Source: an uncultured Acidobacteriota bacterium (GTDB lineage: Bacteria > Acidobacteriota > UBA6911). From it: a stretch of DNA of 59,881 nucleotides. The DNA is taken from assembly GCA_964613495.1 (NCBI GenBank), contig CAZTHE010000007.1, positions 1 through 59,881 of the forward strand, read 5' to 3'. Made by a program: the position numbers and the translations under genes. Shown here in pieces: positions 56,999 to 59,881 of this stretch. Position 1 is the stretch's first letter; every line of letters starts with the position of its first letter. A model generated the notes under the pieces. That model did not search any database and was not told where the DNA came from. It saw only the letters and a list, made by a program, of their open reading frames with translations.

Positions 56999-58144
56999 AT
57001 GCCTGAGATCGAACAGGGCCCGATCCGTCCCCCGAGCGAAGCGCAGAGCCTGCTGCTTCGCGTCACCCGGAATTGCTCGTGGAACCGCTGCGAGTTCTGC
57101 CACATCTATAAAGGCAAGAGGTTCGGCCTGCGGACGGTGGCGGAAGTCAAAAAGGACATCGATGCCGTCAAAGCCATCGTCTCCGAAATCCGGGCTCTTT
57201 CGTGGAATATGGGATGCGGCGGGGACATCAACGCCTCCGTCGTGCGCGCCGTCCTGCACGGCCCCGATCCCTGTCCCGAAGGGTACCGCAGCGTCATGCT
57301 CTGGCTCTACCGGGGCGGCGAGAACGTCTTCCTGCAGGACGCAAACAATCTCGCCCACCGGACGAAGGACCTGGTGGAGATTCTTTCGTATCTCAAAGAG
57401 ACATTCCCCTCCGTCCGGCGCATCACGACGTACACCCGGGCGCGAACCATCGCCCGCAAATCGCTGCGGGAGCTTCGGGATCTCCACGACGCCGGGCTTT
57501 CCCGGATCCACGTCGGCCTGGAATCCGGCTATGACCCGTTGCTCAAGCTGGTGCAGAAGGGCGTGACGGCCCGGGAGCTCGTGGATGCCGGGCAGAAGGT
57601 CAAACAGTCGGGGATCTCGCTCTCGGAGTACATCATGCCCGGCCTGGGGGGAAGGAAGATGTGGCGCGAGCACGCGATCGAGACGGCGAAGGTGCTCAGC
57701 GGCATCGATCCCGATTTCATCCGCGTCCGCACGTTCAAGGCGCTGGAGATCATGCCGGTCTACAAGAGGATCGAATCGGGCGAACTGGAGCTGATGACCG
57801 ACGACGAAATCGCCGCGGAGCAGCGGCTGCTGATCGGGAACCTGAACGGGCTCACCGGCTATTTTGCCAGCGACCACGTGCTCAATCTCCTGGAAGAGCT
57901 GGAAGGGCAATTCCCGGACGCGAAGGAAAAGATGCTGGCCGTCATCGACCGGTACCTGGCCATGGATCCGGAGGAGAGGAAAAACTTCCGCCTCGGCCGG
58001 AGAGCGGGGTACTACCGCGCCCTGGACGATCTGCACAATCCCGAAATGCACTCCCGCGTCCGCTCCATCCTGCAGCGGATCGAGAAGGAGAATCCCGGCG
58101 GATTCGAGGCCGTGATTTCGGAGCTGATGGAGGGGTTTATTTAG
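56999..58144 (+). CDS. radical SAM protein (Cys triad spaced CX4CX2C)
   Basis: 381 aa with GPIRPPSEAQSLLLRVTRNCSWNRCEFCHIYKG, and later GLESGYDPLLKLVQKG. Confidence 0.7.
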   Translation: MPEIEQGPIRPPSEAQSLLLRVTRNCSWNRCEFCHIYKGKRFGLRTVAEVKKDIDAVKAIVSEIRALSWNMGCGGDINASVVRAVLHGPDPCPEGYRSVMLWLYRGGENVFLQDANNLAHRTKDLVEILSYLKETFPSVRRITTYTRARTIARKSLRELRDLHDAGLSRIHVGLESGYDPLLKLVQKGVTARELVDAGQKVKQSGISLSEYIMPGLGGRKMWREHAIETAKVLSGIDPDFIRVRTFKALEIMPVYKRIESGELELMTDDEIAAEQRLLIGNLNGLTGYFASDHVLNLLEELEGQFPDAKEKMLAVIDRYLAMDPEERKNFRLGRRAGYYRALDDLHNPEMHSRVRSILQRIEKENPGGFEAVISELMEGFI

Positions 58145-58244
58145 CCCCCCCCGATCCTCCCGAAGGAAAGTGGTGCATTCCCCACCCGACACCCGTTAGA
58201 ATGGCGTTTTCGCGAAACCGTCTGCCGTCATTTTCCGAAAGGTC

Positions 58245-59591
58245 GTGCCCGTGGAACCCAAAACCAGCACTCCCGTCGAGATCAGCGAGCTGATCGACCA
58301 AAGAAAACTCACTTCCGTGCAGTTCACGGTCATGGTGTTGAGCGCCCTGGTCGTCTGGCTGGACGGATACCATATCCAGACCATGGCCCTCGTCGTCCCG
58401 ACGCTCGCCTCGCAGTGGTCCGTCAAATCCGAGGACTTCAAGCTCGTGCTGGCCTCCGCCCTGCTGGGGATCGCGGTGGGAGGGGTATTCATCGCTCCCC
58501 TGGGGGACCGGTTCGGGCGCCGCATCCTGCTGGTTTTATCGATGGCCGTCATCGGCATCGCCTCCATCGGGACGGCGTACTCCTCCAACATGACGCAGCT
58601 TTTCGTCTGGAGGTTCCTGACGGGCCTGGGGCTCGGCGCCAGCCTGACCAACGCCACGGCGCTGACTTCGGATTATGTGCCGGCCCGGAGGCGTGCGGCC
58701 CTGGTGACGCTGATGTTTTCCGGCGTTCCCATCGGCGCGTTCACGGCAGGATTTGTCGCGCCGCTCATCATCCCGGCATTCGGCTGGGAAGGGATGTTCA
58801 CGATCGGCGGCGTGTTGCCCCTGTTCCTCTGCGCCGTCCTCGCCCTGCTGATTCCCGAATCCGTCAAACTGCTGCTCGCGAGCAGGCCGAAAGACCCCCG
58901 CATCCCGAAGATCCTCGGGAAGCTGGCCCCGGATGTCGACGCGCGGAGCGTCTATGCGAGAAAATCCGAGGTGCGCCGTCAATCCGTCGCCGAACTCCTG
59001 CGCGCGCCCTATAAAACGGGCACGCTGCTGCTCTGGTTCGTATTCATTTTCAACATGTTCATCCTCTACCTGCTGGTGAACTGGCTGCCGACGATACTGC
59101 GCACGCAGGGCTGGACCGCATCGAGCGCGTCGCAGGGGACCGGCATGATTCAGGCCGGCGGCGTATTCGGCGGCCTCCTGTTGTCCTTGTGCGTGGACCG
59201 GGGGAAAACGGTGAAGGGTATGATTTCGGCGTACCTGGTGACCGCGGTCGCGTTCGGGTTGTTCGCCGTCCTGTCGTCCGAGGGGCCGTCCTGGTGGGTG
59301 CTCCTGTTCGTCGTCGGCAGCGGCATCTCCGGCAACCAGTTTGCGCTCAACGCCCTGTCGGCGACCTTCTATCCGCCGCTGATCCGCGCGACCGGGATCG
59401 GCTGGGCGGCGAGCGTCGGCCGGATCGGGGCGGTCCTCAGCCCGATCATCGGCGGCTGGATCCTGCAGATGCACGTGGCGCCGTTTGCGCTGCTGGGAGG
59501 ACTGGTGATCCCGGTGCTGCTGTGCGCCGGCGGCGTGCTCATGTTCCGGAACATCTTCCAGCCGAAATCGGATTCCGGCGCGCCCGTGTAA
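58245..59591 (+). CDS. MFS transporter (aromatic-acid/H+ symporter-like, 12 TMS)
   Basis: 448 aa with a GTG start. It has LGDRFGRRILLVLS (motif A) and an AAHS-like N-terminal pattern (LDGYHIQTMALVVPTLASQW). Confidence 0.75.
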   Translation: MPVEPKTSTPVEISELIDQRKLTSVQFTVMVLSALVVWLDGYHIQTMALVVPTLASQWSVKSEDFKLVLASALLGIAVGGVFIAPLGDRFGRRILLVLSMAVIGIASIGTAYSSNMTQLFVWRFLTGLGLGASLTNATALTSDYVPARRRAALVTLMFSGVPIGAFTAGFVAPLIIPAFGWEGMFTIGGVLPLFLCAVLALLIPESVKLLLASRPKDPRIPKILGKLAPDVDARSVYARKSEVRRQSVAELLRAPYKTGTLLLWFVFIFNMFILYLLVNWLPTILRTQGWTASSASQGTGMIQAGGVFGGLLLSLCVDRGKTVKGMISAYLVTAVAFGLFAVLSSEGPSWWVLLFVVGSGISGNQFALNALSATFYPPLIRATGIGWAASVGRIGAVLSPIIGGWILQMHVAPFALLGGLVIPVLLCAGGVLMFRNIFQPKSDSGAPV

Positions 59592-59793
59592 CGGGGCCGC
59601 TTCCGGGGATCAGGGCCCGCGCCGGAATATCCATTTGCAAATGCGGAAGCCCTGTGGCACTGTAAGCTTGCCGGAGAGTTCGAGCCCATGGTTCAGAGCA
59701 CGATTGCCGCATTGTCAAGCATCCAGATCGCCATTATCGGCATTACCGGGATTTCGCCCGGCGGATAGCGGCTCGCACCGGTGCGCGCACCGA

Positions 59794-59829
59794 GCCCTCA
59801 TCTGCCAGGCGGATGAGGGCTTTTTTTTT
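59794..59829 (+). terminator. intrinsic terminator
   Basis: GCCCTCATC-tgccaggcg-GATGAGGGC followed by T9. Confidence 0.75.
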
Positions 59830-59881
59830 GGTGCGCCCGGCCAGGGCGCACACCTTGGAGGTGAAAGTCCTCTGCAGACCC
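59830..59881 (+). promoter_or_regulatory. probable 5' portion of a cobalamin (B12) riboswitch, truncated by the window end
   Basis: A GGTGCGCCC-ggcc-a-GGGCGCACC hairpin is followed by TTGGA-GG-TGAAAGT-CC-TCTGCAGACCC. This matches the conserved GGGAA-stem-UGAxAAU-stem-xCUGxxxxCCC core of the cobalamin element. The B12 box would lie beyond the window. Confidence 0.4.

Noticed and set aside
59600-59700. tRNA-like T-arm motif (GAGTTCGAGCCC) downstream of the MFS gene
   Set aside because: I could build no acceptor stem, D-arm or anticodon arm around it. The adjacent CATTTGCAAATG is a loopless palindrome, not an anticodon stem-loop.

Overview
This is a GC-rich (by eye, mid-60s % GC) and densely coding bacterial chromosomal segment. 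I call about 58 protein-coding genes, nearly all core metabolism or envelope functions.

Genes recognised:
- Central and biosynthetic: the 3' part of a type III glutamine synthetase, thiD, a dGTPase-like HD protein, archaeal-type proS, hemE, mutY, tpx, ilvN-ilvB, serC and ilvC.
- Polyamine: an agmatinase / deoxyhypusine-synthase-like / ornithine-decarboxylase-fold gene set.
- Redox: a Tat-exported three-subunit molybdenum hydroxylase.
- Regulatory: an ECF sigma / anti-sigma / LTXXQ operon and a STAS + FHA-GAF-PP2C partner-switching pair.
- Cell shape: an M23 peptidase-bactofilin pair.
- Envelope: a six-gene operon with three tandem HlyD-type adaptors and one FtsX/MacB-type permease, but no ATPase.

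I recognised no rRNA, tRNA, CRISPR array, integrase, transposase or phage gene. The window looks like core genome, not an island.

The most notable signals lie outside the genes:
1. A dispersed family of degenerate 7-bp tandem repeats (unit GGAATCT / AGATTCC; most units contain a GANTC site) occupies at least 10 intergenic sites. Some are inverted arrays that form long hairpins.
2. A textbook-looking attenuator sits upstream of ilvN. It has a 33-codon Ile/Leu/Val-rich leader ORF whose stop codon lies inside a 15-bp antiterminator arm that competes with a terminator hairpin plus U-tract.
3. The 5' part of a cobalamin riboswitch probably sits at the right window edge.
4. An 82-bp near-perfect palindrome lies between ilvC and a divergent dehydrogenase gene.

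All product calls come from motif and family recognition by eye. No database search was run.
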